A DNA stretch of 64,000 nucleotides, taken from Blastocystis sp. Blastoise (lineage: Eukaryota > Protista > Bigyra: Opalinata). The DNA lies in NCBI GenBank assembly GCA_039096225.1, contig JBBPEB010000027.1, forward strand, positions 248,001 through 312,000. Reading direction: 5' to 3'. Shown here piece after piece: positions 1 through 30,003 of this stretch. The translations under genes and the position numbers were made by a program. Each line of letters begins with the position of its first letter. The stretch's first letter is position 1. The notes under the pieces were generated by a model. That model saw only the letters and a program-made list of their open reading frames with translations. It searched no databases and had not been told where the DNA came from.

Positions 1-59
<59 letters not shown>

Positions 60-564
60 TACAGATATTTGAGCATTAGGAAGTTGTTCATCACGATTAC
101 GACCAAGTAATTCATTTAATAAGACCATACTACCACTATATATATAATATATAATAATAAATATAATAAATATAATAATAAATATAATAAATATAATAAA
201 TAAAATAATAAATATAATAAGTATAATAAATATAATAAATAAAATAATAAATATAATAAGTATAATAAATATAATAAATAAAATAATAAATATAATAAGT
301 ATAATAAATATAACAACAATAACTATAATAATAATATACGTCTTAGCATTAATATCTAATGCCTTTTCAACAAGGTTTCTCTTTCTAAAGAGAAGTTTAA
401 GAAGGGTATTTTGTTCTTCCTGATTAATAAGTTCACTGATATATAATATATCAATACGAGCAATACAAGTATCTTCATCAGGAACATAATTATCAAGTTT
501 GGATTTAATGACAATGGCTTTTGCAGGGTCAATTCCCATGGGAATAAGACTACGTGTCTTTTCA

Positions 565-626
<62 letters not shown>

Positions 627-1539
627 TAAGTAGAATATACCCAGAGTATCCATCCAATTGATTTCCGTGGGAGCAGAAGGGACAGGATAAGAAAAATCAG
701 CAGGGTTCAATAACTATAAGATTATATATATAATATAAATAATATAAATATAAATAATATAAATAAATATAAATAATATAAATAATATAAATAATATAAA
801 TAATAAATAATATAAATAATAAATAATATAAATAAATAAAATAAATAATATAAATAAATAAATAAAATAAATAAAATAAATAAACATAAATAAAATATAA
901 ATATATATACATCATCTACATTAGTAGTAGTAGGTTCAGGAGCAGGTGCAAATCCTAATTGTTCTGTTTGAGCATTTGCTTTGAAAATAGAACCAGATTG
1001 TTCTACAGCCTTAGGTTGAAGTTTTGTTTCAGGAGCAAAAAGATCAGAAATAGAATCCATCTAAATGGAAATTATATACAAATAATTATTTTATGTATTG
1101 ATTACATACGGGAGCAAGAGGAACTATATTAGATATATATATGTATATAATATATATAAATATAAAGAAATACTGTCAGTTGTACCAAGATTATTCAATA
1201 AGTTACCAGCTATATACATAATAACGATCATTTATAATAATAATTAATTTAGAAAAATGATATTTACTTTATTTTTAAATGAAAATATATAATATAATAA
1301 TATAATTTCAAATAAATACAATCGAGATTATTCTTCTTAGGAGATTCAGGCTCAATTTGATTAAAGAATGCAGAATCTTCTTTCTTGATTTCCTTGACTT
1401 CAGGTTGTTGTTTACTTCCTTGAAGTTGATCTAAAAAGGAGGCATTCGTTTGAGGAACAGGAGAGTTGTCCGAAAGTACTTCAGGAACCTCTTCATTAGG
1501 TTCTTCTTGACAAAAATCTATATCAGCAGGGCTAGACAT
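1..1539 (-). CDS. Multi-exon hypothetical protein, 3' end runs off the window
   Basis: ATG at 1539 (MSSPADIDFCQEE...). Higher-GC exon blocks (~1539-1321, ~1060-910, ~700-641, ~566-340, ~135-57, plus two micro-exons near 1110-1210) are separated by GTATAT..TATAG introns. No family recognised. Confidence 0.6.
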
Positions 1540-1854
1540 TCTTTACACAAATAAATAATTAAGAATAATTCTCAGATATTTTCTGTTCATGACACTATTT
1601 GAAAGAAAATGAAATGGATAGTCAGTTAGATACAGAGAAGAATCGTGTTTTTTTCCTGTGTTTCACTATAAACATGACATATTTTCATGATTACTAAAAA
1701 AAGTGACTCTTCATACAAAAAAGTGTATATCCTCACGATTATTTTCTATTTATCGAGTCAAAAATGAAAAATATGTAAAACAAAAAATTTATAAAGTCAA
1801 AAAAAGTTAATTTTATTTCTTTCTTTACATCCTTAAAGTTTCGTATCGTTAGAA

Positions 1855-2870
<1,016 letters not shown>

Positions 2871-3201
2871 ATGTCTTCTAATTCAAATATATATGTCTAC
2901 TAGTTTGTATGTTATAAAAAAAAGAGTTTCGTTCAAGTCTAAGAAGAAATCTCTTATCATTAAATTATCCAAAATATATTTTGTCAAAGTTTCATTTAAA
3001 TGAGAAGAATATTATTTAAAAAATAAAACAAAACGTCATAGATTTAAAGTGAACTATATCTATTCAACCATTATCTATTTTATAATTTACATCATAAAGC
3101 AGTTTCAAGAAGAAGAGAAGTTAAATTCACAGTGCACCTATATTTAAAAAATACATATATCGCTAATCTAACAAAAATATATATAGAAACACTCACGTTG
3201 C

Positions 3202-3279
3202 TTACTTAGCACGAGCTCGCATCTTTCGTCTCTTACGTCGAAGACGTCGCATACGCTTCTTAGCCCATTTAGCTCTCAT
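3202..3279 (-). CDS. RPL41: Ribosomal protein eL41/eS32 (25 aa), below the ORF-track cutoff
   Basis: Reverse strand reads MRAKWAKKRMRRLRRKRRKMRARAK*, matching the well-known L41 peptide. Confidence 0.97.
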   Translation of the reverse strand: MRAKWAKKRMRRLRRKRRKMRARAK

Positions 3280-4991
3280 TTAAAAATACATGTGCATTAA
3301 ACATCAGAAAACATAGAAAAAGTTATATAGCCATAAAGTATATATAAGAAGACATAAATAGCATAACGCAGAACATAAAATAAACACTTACTTCGTTAAA
3401 TAAACAAATAATTTTTTAACACCTAAAGCAAGCAACAAATTTTGTAGAAACAAAAGAAAAACTATGGGGGTATCTACCATTCTTTCTCAGTCTTTATGAG
3501 TCTATTCTATATAAAGTCATTTTACCCCTGGATTTTTGCTATTCCTTCAGTTCTTCAAAATAGAACAAAATTGTGCAAACTTGTGTAAAAACCGCGTTTA
3601 TTTTAAATATATAATTTGTTTTTTCATTTATTCATATACATCATTTGAAGTTCTAACTTATTAAACTTGGTACATGAACTAAATACCAATACTATTTAAT
3701 GACTGAAAAAAATTAATATATAATTGTCGATATCAGAATTTACCTTCATAACTACAATAATATGCATGAATACTTCATATTTTAATTATTAAAAAGTTCA
3801 CAAAGATGAAAATTGGAAAACTGAGAATAATTTGTAAATTATGAACATCGATCTTTTTTTAAAATTGAGTATTCTCACTTTAAAATGATGTTTTGTGGAT
3901 TATAAAACATAAAGAATTAACATATATTTCCATTAAAATAATAATTAACATGAAATTACTTGGATATTTGCTATTCATAACAGTTTAGGTAAAAATATGC
4001 ATATATAAACAATGATATCCACATCTCTAATCAAAATAATTGATTTCAAATAGCAAATAGAAGAAGAATAATAAATGAAACCAAGAAAGAAATTCTTTAT
4101 AAATTTCTAATATTAATCGTAGGTCTACTTTCTAATTATTTTTAAAATTCATATAAATATTTATTTTGAGATCCTAATAGAGTTCTATATCTTTATACAG
4201 ACTTTTATGATTTAAATAATAAGTATTTATAGTAAAAACGAACATTGAGTGTCTTTTTTATTCTCCCTTATGAGAACAACACATGACTATTACGAAAAAA
4301 CAAAAATATATTATTACTATTAAACATGAAACATCATTTATTCACTTTTTTAATATCTACAGTTGCACATTATTCTGTCTCTTTTTGTATTTATTCGTTA
4401 TATATATAATATTCATGTCTTTCATTAATAAATATAGATTTTTGAAATATATATATGTTCTAACTCACCAAAATAAGGAAAAACAAAATCTGGAATTATT
4501 GTCTTTTTATATTAAAAACCATGAATACTTTTAAAGAAATTCTAAAAAACTAAAGTACAATCATTCGTGTCTTTCTCGACACTTTAAAATTTAATCCGCC
4601 AATTTTGCTTTATTTAAAGACCATAAAAAGACATAGTGACTGTGATTATGCAAATGACTAATATTATATTAAAGATTTGAATGTAAATAAACAATTAAAC
4701 ACCTATTTGAAAAGAAAAAATGAAAATTTCTTTTCAATATTAATTAATATATTTATTTACATACTATTTCTATTCATTTAAATTATATTTTGAATAATAA
4801 AACATAAATTCATATATAATTAAACAATGAATGATAGTAAACTCTTTGGTTGACTTTTTATAAAAATGACTGTATTAATGAGTTACATTTACATGATTAT
4901 TTTAAGAATATGAATTTCATTCTTTCTCGTTTTGTTCTGTTTTAAAATTCAGAGATAGTCACATACCTATAATATAAACTGATATCTATTT

Positions 4992-20294
<15,303 letters not shown>

Positions 20295-20571
20295 ATATAT
20301 CTGAATTCATTTTCATACTTTATTTTTTCTTTTTTTAGAATTTTTTTCTTTTTTTCTTATGATATATATATGTTGTTTTATTTATATATCTATTTTGTTG
20401 TTTTTTAATATATTTATATACATATAGCTTTTTGTTAAATACAAATATTTAATTAAAGAATTATTTATAAATATTTTAAAGAAAATATATATTCATATAT
20501 GTATATACTTTTATTATCAAGTAGTAGTTAGTATACATTTGTCAATATAGAAAAGACCTAGAATTTAGGTA

Positions 20572-20644
20572 GCGGGTTTAGCTCAGATGGAAGAGCGTAG
20601 GTCTCATAATCCTAAGGTCGTGAGTTCGATCCTCACAACCCGCA
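20572..20644 (+). tRNA. tRNA-Met(CAT), elongator
   Basis: Acceptor GCGGGTT/AACCCGC; D arm GCTC/GAGC; anticodon loop CTCATAA with U31:U39; T arm GTGAG-TTCGATC-CTCAC. G1:C72 and T54 indicate the elongator form. Confidence 0.95.
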
Positions 20645-21454
20645 CATTTCTATTATTCATTTTTAAGATTTTTATTCTTTTTGATTCTATTTATTCTTTT
20701 TGATTTGAGTATTGAGTTATTAGTTTTATTTATATAATGAGGAATGGTAGTTATGATGGAAAATGAATGAAAATATAATATTTATGACCTTGACAATTTT
20801 TTAATTTTAATAATGTGTATCTAAGTCACGGATAATCATTTAAATTGCCACTGTATTTCATCTAAATAATATTCACATTAAAAACACGTCAAAAGCAGGC
20901 AACATTACTCATTTGTATACAATTTCGGTAGACTTTATGACTTGAAACATATTAATTTTTTAAATACTATATTTTTTCAACTATTCACTAATATTATAGA
21001 TCGAAAAAAAGAACATAATTGCTAAAAAATAGACTTTTACAGAATACTATTATCAGGATAATAAACGAAGCAGATAGTAGAACTCTTTATATGACTGTAC
21101 AACCATAGAAAAGAGCAAAATTAGAGAATTAAAGAAAGGAGTGAGTACGACTTTCATTTTTTTTACCGAAAAGAATACATTCGGCTTCTGGAACTGAGCA
21201 TAAAGAACAAAAAGTTGAACAAATAGAATTCTACAACGAAGGATTCAGTTAAAACACGAAAATGAATGGTTTTAATTATTTTCATGGACACAATTTCGTT
21301 CTATCAGAGTTCTTTAGACCTGACATTGCTAAAAAACATTGGTAAAAGGAGAAGAATTTGTTATCATTAGAGGTTGTATTGAAAGAATTTATTATCCTTG
21401 TAACATACACATATTTTTTCTATTTGATATATAAATTTTTGATATAATTCTATA

Positions 21455-22450
21455 ATGGTAGCTGCTGATACAAAAAATACAACGACAAATGTTGAGTCTT
21501 CAACTTCTATAATCACCATTGAAGAGTCTTCAACAAGTATAATTAATATTGAGGATGCTAACAATACTGAAAATGTGGAAGTGAATAAAGTGATTGATCT
21601 TGAAAAAGGTGAAGATAAGTTGAATGATCAAAAAAAGGAATTAGAAGATCCTGTTGCACGAAATATAAATAATTTCCTTAATAATCCTTATTTCGGCTTG
21701 ATGTTTATTCCTTGTATACTATTTGCTTCAATTGTTATTCCTTTATGTGCTTTTGTGATTGATAAGGATGCTCCTGAGTTTTCTTCTCCTTTTTTTGCCA
21801 AAGTTGTAGCTGTTTTTATGTTATTTACTTATTGTTATTTACTATTTGAGAAAGTACATTATTACAGTGTTGCTGGATTTTATGAAATATTTTGGTTTTG
21901 TAATTCTTCTCTTGTTTTTTGTGCAATTGGTTTATGGTTTACTCTTCCATCCCTTATTGGAATGACTCTTATTATGGTATTTTTCCCTCATTTAGGATTT
22001 TATTTTGATGTTCTTTGTTGGTTAGTATGCCGTAAATGCCCTGTAGGTGCTGGAGGTTTCTTCTTTGATAAAAATTATCCTACACATACAAAAGTTGCTA
22101 GTTTACATCATTTCTGGTATTTACCTGCTGTATTCTTCCTCTTTTATCATTATCCTTATTTTAATATATGGGTATATGTATTATCAATGTTTTTCTTTTC
22201 TTGGAATCAAATCTTCTGTCATTATTTAATACCTGAGAAGGCTCCTAATGCTGAAAATAAAATGATTGATATCGATATCTGTGTCTCTAGACAAATTCCT
22301 GAATGTTTAAGAAATATTTATCCTTTTAAACTTGCTTCTGGAAGACCTATTTATGCTCTTTTCCTTGTTGGATTCTTTTGCTATGCTATTCCAGTTAATG
22401 GTATTGCTTATGGACTTATTTATTTAATTCAAATGGCACTTCAAAACTAA
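21455..22450 (+). CDS. Intronless multi-pass membrane protein (paralog 1)
   Basis: 331 aa with 7-8 hydrophobic segments. Shares YEIFWFCN, FPH, CRKxPxGA, LHHF and YA(I/V)P(V/I)NG motifs with 23255-24127. Confidence 0.85.
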   Translation: MVAADTKNTTTNVESSTSIITIEESSTSIINIEDANNTENVEVNKVIDLEKGEDKLNDQKKELEDPVARNINNFLNNPYFGLMFIPCILFASIVIPLCAFVIDKDAPEFSSPFFAKVVAVFMLFTYCYLLFEKVHYYSVAGFYEIFWFCNSSLVFCAIGLWFTLPSLIGMTLIMVFFPHLGFYFDVLCWLVCRKCPVGAGGFFFDKNYPTHTKVASLHHFWYLPAVFFLFYHYPYFNIWVYVLSMFFFSWNQIFCHYLIPEKAPNAENKMIDIDICVSRQIPECLRNIYPFKLASGRPIYALFLVGFFCYAIPVNGIAYGLIYLIQMALQN

Positions 22451-23254
22451 GATGTTTTAAATTCTTTAGACTCTCTTCTCTGATATTATTTTATTGATGT
22501 TCACATTTTGTGAGTTTCTTTTATTTAGATGCTGCTTCATACCCTTTTCTACTTTTCATTTTTCTGTTTTTCTTTTGTTTGTATTCTTATTTGTTCTATT
22601 ATTTTGATTTGTTTTCATTTTTTTTGTTTTGTTTTAAATTTAATTGACGTTACATTGTAAACGTAAACACTAAATAACAACAGCATATTTCTGAAAACCA
22701 ATATTTCATGATTCTTTCAAGAAAAAAAGACACATCTTTCTCTTTATGATTTTTTTCTGTCTTTCAAGATAAAATAGTTATTTCTATAAGTTATAGGATT
22801 CTCATTTAGTTTGATTTGCTTATATAAAAAGCTTTAGTAGAAGACTGATTACCATTGAATGATAAATGAAATATATAGAATATATATGAATTCTACTCTT
22901 TGTAAAGAACATTCTTAAGTATACTTTAATCAGAAGTATGCTTGTAAAGAATGTTCTTTCAAGGAATACCTTAAACAATTAATGCACCATTTTTTAAAAA
23001 TTATTTCATTTGCTAACCAAATAGTTTAAATCGAATATATTTTATATACAGTAAAAATAAAAAAATCATAAAAAACAGGTCATCAGGTTGAGAAAAATAG
23101 TTTTTTCATGATTTTATCCAATAAATAGGATTCTTTTTGAGCCACAAAGAATAGAATTCTAAGAATTCTTTTGTTTTGTTTTGTTTTTCTATTTTTTAAT
23201 CACTTATATATTATTTATATATTTTAATAATATTAATTATTCATTTTGTATACA

Positions 23255-24127
23255 ATGAGTACAGAACAGAAATCAGATGCATTGATTCGTGAATCAAATT
23301 CTGAGAAGTCTTTGGATATAGAAAAAAATCAAGTTGAATCTATTCCTAATTTCACCAAACCTTGGTGGCTTATTATTATACCCATGCTTTCACTTGTTAT
23401 TGGATTAACATGCATTTGCTACTTTTATTTGGACGTTGATGCAAAACCTTTTTATAATCGTTGGGTTTCTTGGGGAAGTGGTATATTCTTCATATTATGG
23501 TATTGTTATATTGGTATTGAACGTACTTATTATTATGGTATTGCTGGATATTATGAAATCTTCTGGTTTTGTAACATTTCTCTGCTTCTTGTTGGTATAG
23601 GTTTAGTCTTTGAACTCCCTTCATTAGTATGTTGTAGTGTTTGCGTTGTCATGTTCCCTCATGCTGCATACTGGATTGATATCATTTCATGGCTTATTTG
23701 TAGAAAAACTCCATGTGGAGCTGCTACATTTATGTTTGAATCTGGTTGGCCTATTCATGATAAAATATCTACACTTCATCATTTTGTTTTAATACCTAAT
23801 GTCCTTTTCCTTCTATATGAATATCCATATATTCAATACCCTGCTTATCTTTTATCTGTTGTATTATTAGTTGTTTCTCAATGGTCTTGCCATTTCTTAA
23901 CTCCTTTAGCAATGTTAGACAAAAATAAAAAATATAAATATTTAAATGTATGTATTTCTTACGAACTTCCTGAAATTCTTCGTGGAGTTTATCCTTTCAA
24001 ATGGACAGTAAATGGACCTACTTGGCTCTTTTTCTTGATTTGCTTTTTCTTTTATGCTGTACCTATTAATGGAGTATGTTATGGATTATTCTTAGGTTGC
24101 CAGTATGTATTAAATCTTTCATCATAA
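23255..24127 (+). CDS. Intronless multi-pass membrane protein (paralog 2)
   Basis: First ATG at 23255 (MSTEQKS...). Collinear with paralog 1. Confidence 0.85.
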   Translation: MSTEQKSDALIRESNSEKSLDIEKNQVESIPNFTKPWWLIIIPMLSLVIGLTCICYFYLDVDAKPFYNRWVSWGSGIFFILWYCYIGIERTYYYGIAGYYEIFWFCNISLLLVGIGLVFELPSLVCCSVCVVMFPHAAYWIDIISWLICRKTPCGAATFMFESGWPIHDKISTLHHFVLIPNVLFLLYEYPYIQYPAYLLSVVLLVVSQWSCHFLTPLAMLDKNKKYKYLNVCISYELPEILRGVYPFKWTVNGPTWLFFLICFFFYAVPINGVCYGLFLGCQYVLNLSS

Positions 24128-24617
24128 TTGAGTTTCTCCATTTTCTTTATTCTTTTTTCTTGCTTTCTGTTAAAATGAGATCATTCTTTCTTTCTTTGTT
24201 TTATTTTTGACATATATTATCTATATTTATGTTAATGATTTCTATTAATTATCTTTTATTTAAATAAATCTTTGTTTTGTTTACGTTAATTTTTTTTTTC
24301 AAAAGGAGTATGAGCATATTTAGATAATCCAACAAGAAATAAACTTATTTTTAAAATAAATCAATTTAAATCATTAATTTATCATATTTTTATCATAATA
24401 GACAGTCTTATATATTCTTTGAAAGCGAATTATAGATAAAATAAAGTTAATCTCTAGAGAAATCACATTAAAATATCAAAAATTCTAGTCTAGATTATAG
24501 ATAGGAAATAATCGTGATTATATATCTTCTTTCTCTTCTGTTTTGAAGAATATTTTTCTATAGAAAAACTTGTATTCTATTCTTCTTTTCGTAATAACTT
24601 ACTAATAAATAATAAAT

Positions 24618-25315
24618 ATGGTATGATTCTTAATATTCATTGAATGACATTATATATAGCAACAAAACTACCTTCCTGAAAAAACTGGTGCTAATGATTT
24701 ACTTCGTGATGGTTTCAATGATCTCGCTCCTCATTGTGATATTCATCCCGTACAAAAATTAACAGAAAATGAATTTCACAATGATTGGAATAGTCGAGTT
24801 AAAAGAGCTTCTGTTGTCGGTGGACCTCAAGTATATTCTTTATCTAAATTAAAATAATTATTTTAAATAAAAAACTGATAGTTATTCTTTTAATAGAATA
24901 TAAATATATATTCATATATATATATATATATATTTCTAGGCTGCTTTTAGAATGCAAATGGAAAAAAGAACTTTTTCAAGACCTCTTCGTTTAATTGGCT
25001 TACCTAATTCTTATTCTGAAATGAATACATTATTAGGAAGAGACGATGAAATTACTTTCAACGATATGCTCGGAGGTATATATATAGTTATTATTATTAT
25101 TATTATATTATAATATATTATTATAATATTATATTATTATAATATTATTATTACTATATATTTTTAATTATGTTTTATTATTATTATAATATTATATTAT
25201 TATTATATTATATTATTATTATATTATTATTACTATATATTTTTAATTATATTATATTTTAATCATTATTATATATATAGATTGGACTCATCATCCTATT
25301 AGTGAAGGATTATAA
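24618..25315 (+). CDS. POMP: Proteasome maturation factor Ump1/POMP (missed by the ORF track)
   Basis: Exons 24618-24620, 24660-24830, 24940-25075, 25281-25315 give DLLRDGF...HPVQ...AAFRMQMEK...RPLRLIGLPNS...LLGRDDEITFNDMLG, the Ump1 signature. Confidence 0.88.
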
Positions 25316-25535
25316 ATATTATTTAAAAAAAATAATTATATCATTTCTTGTATCCATTATATATACTTAAATTTATGTTTCATTGTTATTGTTGTTTTTT
25401 ATTATGTTTTTTAATAAACTCTACACAATAAATAGACAATATATATACATAAATATATGTATATACAATTATAGACAAATAACGAAAAAATAATAAAAGA
25501 AAAAAAGTGGAAAAGAAAAAAATAATAATATCTTA

Positions 25536-25736
25536 TTAAAATTTTGGTTTTACAAAAGAAAAGAAAATTGTATCTTCTAAATCAATATAAGGATATTTCT
25601 ATATATAGGATAATATACATTTAGTATTAAAAAAAAAATGATTTAAAAAAATAAATAAATATATACATTATTAAGTACTTCTTCATGAACAATTTCATTT
25701 GGCTCATCTTGCTCTTTTATTATCTCTTCTTCCTGA

Positions 25737-25769
<33 letters not shown>

Positions 25770-26368
25770 ATTATAAATGAAAAATATATATAATTAAATA
25801 TTAAAAAAAATATATAAATTCATCAAATAATAAAAGATTGATTTAAAAAAATATGAATATATAAAATACTATATAAAATAGATTTTTGAATCATAGCAGG
25901 ATTTGGAAAAGGATATATCCAATAGAGAGGTTGAACCTATATAATCAATTAGTTGAATTATGAATAATGTATATATATATATATAAAAATAGTTATTTTA
26001 GTCTATCCATAAACATACATCTGGAGAATATCCGTCTGGGGCGAAACCACATTGTGAATAATTTGCACTTGTAGATAAAACACTCATCACTGAAATTCTC
26101 TTTTCTAAGTTATAGCTCAGAATTAAAAATATAAAATTATAAGTGACAATATATCAATAAATAATATTAAATAACTAGAAATGAAAATACGCTTCGATTT
26201 TTCTATTAATGACTTCATTTGTTCCAAATGTAATTCCACAATCGTCTTATCTACCTCAAGTTCAGCTTCCAATACTCTTTTGGATACTTCAATAATTAGA
26301 TCTTTATTTTGTTCTATATAGTAAATGTAATATTCAAAAAATAGATTCCATGTACCTGAGTTATCCAT
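25536..26368 (-). CDS. Small multi-exon protein, Mediator subunit 4-like
   Basis: A coiled-coil N-terminus is followed by ISVMSVLSTSANYSQCGFAPDGYSP..YPFPNPAMIQKSILY, resembling the MED4 'AP..W.P....PYP....M..G.L' motif. Acidic tail. Confidence 0.45.
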
Positions 26369-26506
26369 CCTTTATCTAGACAATGAAAATATCTATTAAA
26401 AAAATATTAGTGTTTTTCATGTTTTTATTTGTTTTGTCTACTGATAAATTGTAGATATTCTTGAAATTAGAAATTAATATTTTCAAAAATTTCTTTTATC
26501 TCAATA

Positions 26507-27323
26507 ATGTCATCTCTTGAAGTAATTCTCTACTATAAATATAATAATAAACTTTCTTTAGATGGAATCATCTGATATTGTAAGAATTATCTTACAATAT
26601 TTTAAAGAAAATAATCTAAGTGAATCGTATAAAGTATTAAGTGAAGAAACTGGTGTAACAACAAACACTGTAGCTAACAAAGATACCTTATTAAATGCTA
26701 TTCTTAATGGTAAGTGGGATCTCGTTCTTGAAGAAGTATGTGTTTTAGTTTTACATATGATTTAAATATTATAGGTTTCATTCCTTACCTTGCCTACGTC
26801 CATTTTAATTGAATTAGTAGAACAGATTGTGTTTGAATTACTAGAAATGAGAGAAGTAGATACAGCACGTATGCTTCTAACTACATCACCACTTATTAAT
26901 TCAATGAGAGAAGAACAACCTGAAAGGTAATTTTTTTTTTCACTATTTTTATTCTTTTTTTATGTTTATATATATAATAGATTTTTAAGATTAACATCAT
27001 GGTTAAAACGAAATTATTTTGATCCAAGTGAAGCATATCCTGCTGGTGAAAACAAAGAAAAACGTCGACAAAGTTTAGCTATGAAAATAGGACAAGAATT
27101 AACTATTTCTCCTCCTTCTCGATTACTTGTACTTCTTCAACAGGCACTCAAATACCAACAGGAACATAAAGCTCTTCCTAAGACAGCTATATTTGATGTT
27201 TATCAGAATATTATTCCCGCGGAAAAAGAACAAGAAGAAGCTCCTCCTACTAAACAATGTGGTAGTTTGTCTTTCTCCTCAAAATCTTATCCTCTCTGTG
27301 CCACGATATCTACAGACTCCCAA

Positions 27324-27381
<58 letters not shown>

Positions 27382-27415
27382 TTTAATAACAGGCTCTTTG
27401 GATGGTTTCATTGAA

Positions 27416-27460
<45 letters not shown>

Positions 27461-27732
27461 TTTGGGATATGAATACATGTAAATATAAACTTGGATTAAC
27501 ATATCAAGAAGAAAAGCATTTCTTATCTCACAATAGTAGCATTCTTTCCCTCGCAATCGATGCCGCTAATAAATATATCGCTTCAGGAGATGTTGATGGA
27601 AATATTAAAGTATATATATATATATATATATATATACCTATATATACACATATATATATATAGGTATTTGATATATTAACGGGTAAGTTGATGCGAAAGT
27701 TGATGAATGCTCATGAAAAAGCAGTTTCCTCG

Positions 27733-27802
<70 letters not shown>

Positions 27803-27978
27803 TTGTTTTGCTCCTAATGGGTTACAATTATTATCTACTTCTTTTGATGGTACTATTAGGTATATATATATATATATAACTTATTGATATTATAATACTA
27901 ATGTTTATATATATATATATATAGACTTTATGGTCTTAAAGCTGGAAAAATGCTTAAATTATTCAGAGGTCATTCTTC

Positions 27979-28042
<64 letters not shown>

Positions 28043-28715
28043 CTTCTATAGATATGTGAATAATTGTATATATATAAACGATAAACATATAGCTTCATCA
28101 TCATCAGATGGTACTGTTAAAATTTGGGATGTTCACAGTTGTTTGTGTATAACTACGATTACCCCGAAGAATGAAAAGAATATAGAATATGAAATACTTC
28201 AGGTTCTCTCCTTCCCAAATCACCGTGATATGATTATTGTATTAGCAAAAGCAGATAAGATATTTATATATATATATATATACTATCACATATAAATTAT
28301 TTATAATTCTCTTATAATAATAATAATTCTATATGTATATAGATATATAATACAAATGGAAGTTTATTTAAGACCCTCTCTACAGGTAACGGTAAAACCA
28401 ATTTTATTCAAGCATATACTTCTACTCATGTATATATATATATATATAATAATTATTATTAATTAAATAATAATAAACCTATATATATATGTTTATTATT
28501 AATTAAATAATAATAAACATATATATATATAGGGTAAGTATTTATATTGCCTTGGTGAAGATGGATTGTTATATACGTTCTCCTTAGAGACTTATGATCT
28601 ATATAATGTATTTACCCTGCTAGACCATGAACCCGTGGGAATGTGCATTTATCGGGAGAGAAATATTATCGGTGTATATAGTGATAAAGGAATTCTGAAA
28701 TTATATAAATCTTAA
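26507..28715 (+). CDS. SMU1: WD40 repeat spliceosomal protein SMU1
   Basis: LisH/CTLH start ESSDIVRIILQYFKENNL; PPSRLLVLLQQALKYQ; GSLDGFIEIWD; GLKAGKMLKLFRGHSSYVN; YCLGEDG. Confidence 0.93.
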
Positions 28716-28930
28716 TTTTATATATATCTATTTATCTCTTCATTTTATATAATATTATTTGTTTTTATAAGAATATTATTTGTTTTAATAAAACCTCATT
28801 TTTTGCTTATTATTACATTGTTTTAAGTATATAAAATAAAATACAACAAAACGAATTACACAATTATTTATATATACTTATATGCTAAGCCTAAAAAGAA
28901 TAAAAAGTATTATATATATATATATATATA

Positions 28931-29919
28931 TTAATGAGTGTAATTTCTAGCACCAAAAATAGTGGATCCTATATATATACAATATAATAATAATATTATT
29001 ATTACATAAAAAAAAAATAATATAAACAATAATAATAATAATATATATATATATATATACCCACACGTATATTAGTAGATCCTTCTTCTATGGCTGTCTT
29101 CCAATCTCCTGACATTCCCATACTCAATTCTATATAGAATAATATAATAAAAATGTATAATAATAATATTATAATAATTATAATATTATAATAATTATAA
29201 TAAATACCTATATCTTCTTTGATATATTCAGATAATTCAGTTTTCACTTTATTTTTTAAATCTACTAACATCTATAGATATATATAATGATTATATTCTT
29301 AAAAAAATATTTTCAAGATTAAATAACCTTTATAAAACATAAATTATATAGAATACATTATAATTAGAATAAAATATACTCTAAAGTATGGAGTTGGTTC
29401 AGCTTCTAATTTACCGATAGTCATCAAACCCATGAAATGTAAATGAGGACAACTAACACATATATGACGAACAATATCAATAGTTTCAGAAGGAAGACAA
29501 CCAGTCTTAGTTTCTTCATCACTGGTATGAACTTGAACAAATACATTTAGTGGAGTCTGTCGTTCAGCATTCACACAAGCACTATTCAACTTATCAGCTA
29601 ATTTTTCACTATCTACAGATTCAACACACCATAACCCAGGAACTTTCTTTATTAATGCATTACATTTTTGAGATTGAAGATGTCCAATTAAATGCCATTT
29701 AATATCTTTGGGTAGAATATCAGATTTCTCCATTAATTCTTGAACATAATTTTCTCCAAAGTGTCTGTGATTCAAATCATAAATACATTGAATATCAGAA
29801 GCAGGCTTCAGCTTACTGACAGCAACCAATCTAGGAACAGTCTTTCCAAATTGCTTAGAAACATCAGCAATCTCTTTCACTAATTGATTAAAACGTGAAA
29901 CTATACCTACTTCAGCCAT
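28931..29919 (-). CDS. PLPBP: Pyridoxal phosphate homeostasis protein (YggS/PROSC)
   Basis: LVAVSKLKP, HFGENYVQEL, WHLIGHLQS, GLMTIG, ELSMGMSGD, GSTNIRVGSTIFGAR; 4 exons. Confidence 0.96.
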
Positions 29920-30003
29920 CTTAATAATATCTTGTGTACTATTTTAAAGAATAAAATCTTCAAGAAAATTGAAAAATAGAAAAAAAAGAGAAACTCTTTG
30001 AAG

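Noticed and set aside
3386-3391. GTAAGT donor upstream of RPL41 suggesting a 5' UTR intron
   Set aside because: No AG acceptor between it and the ATG.
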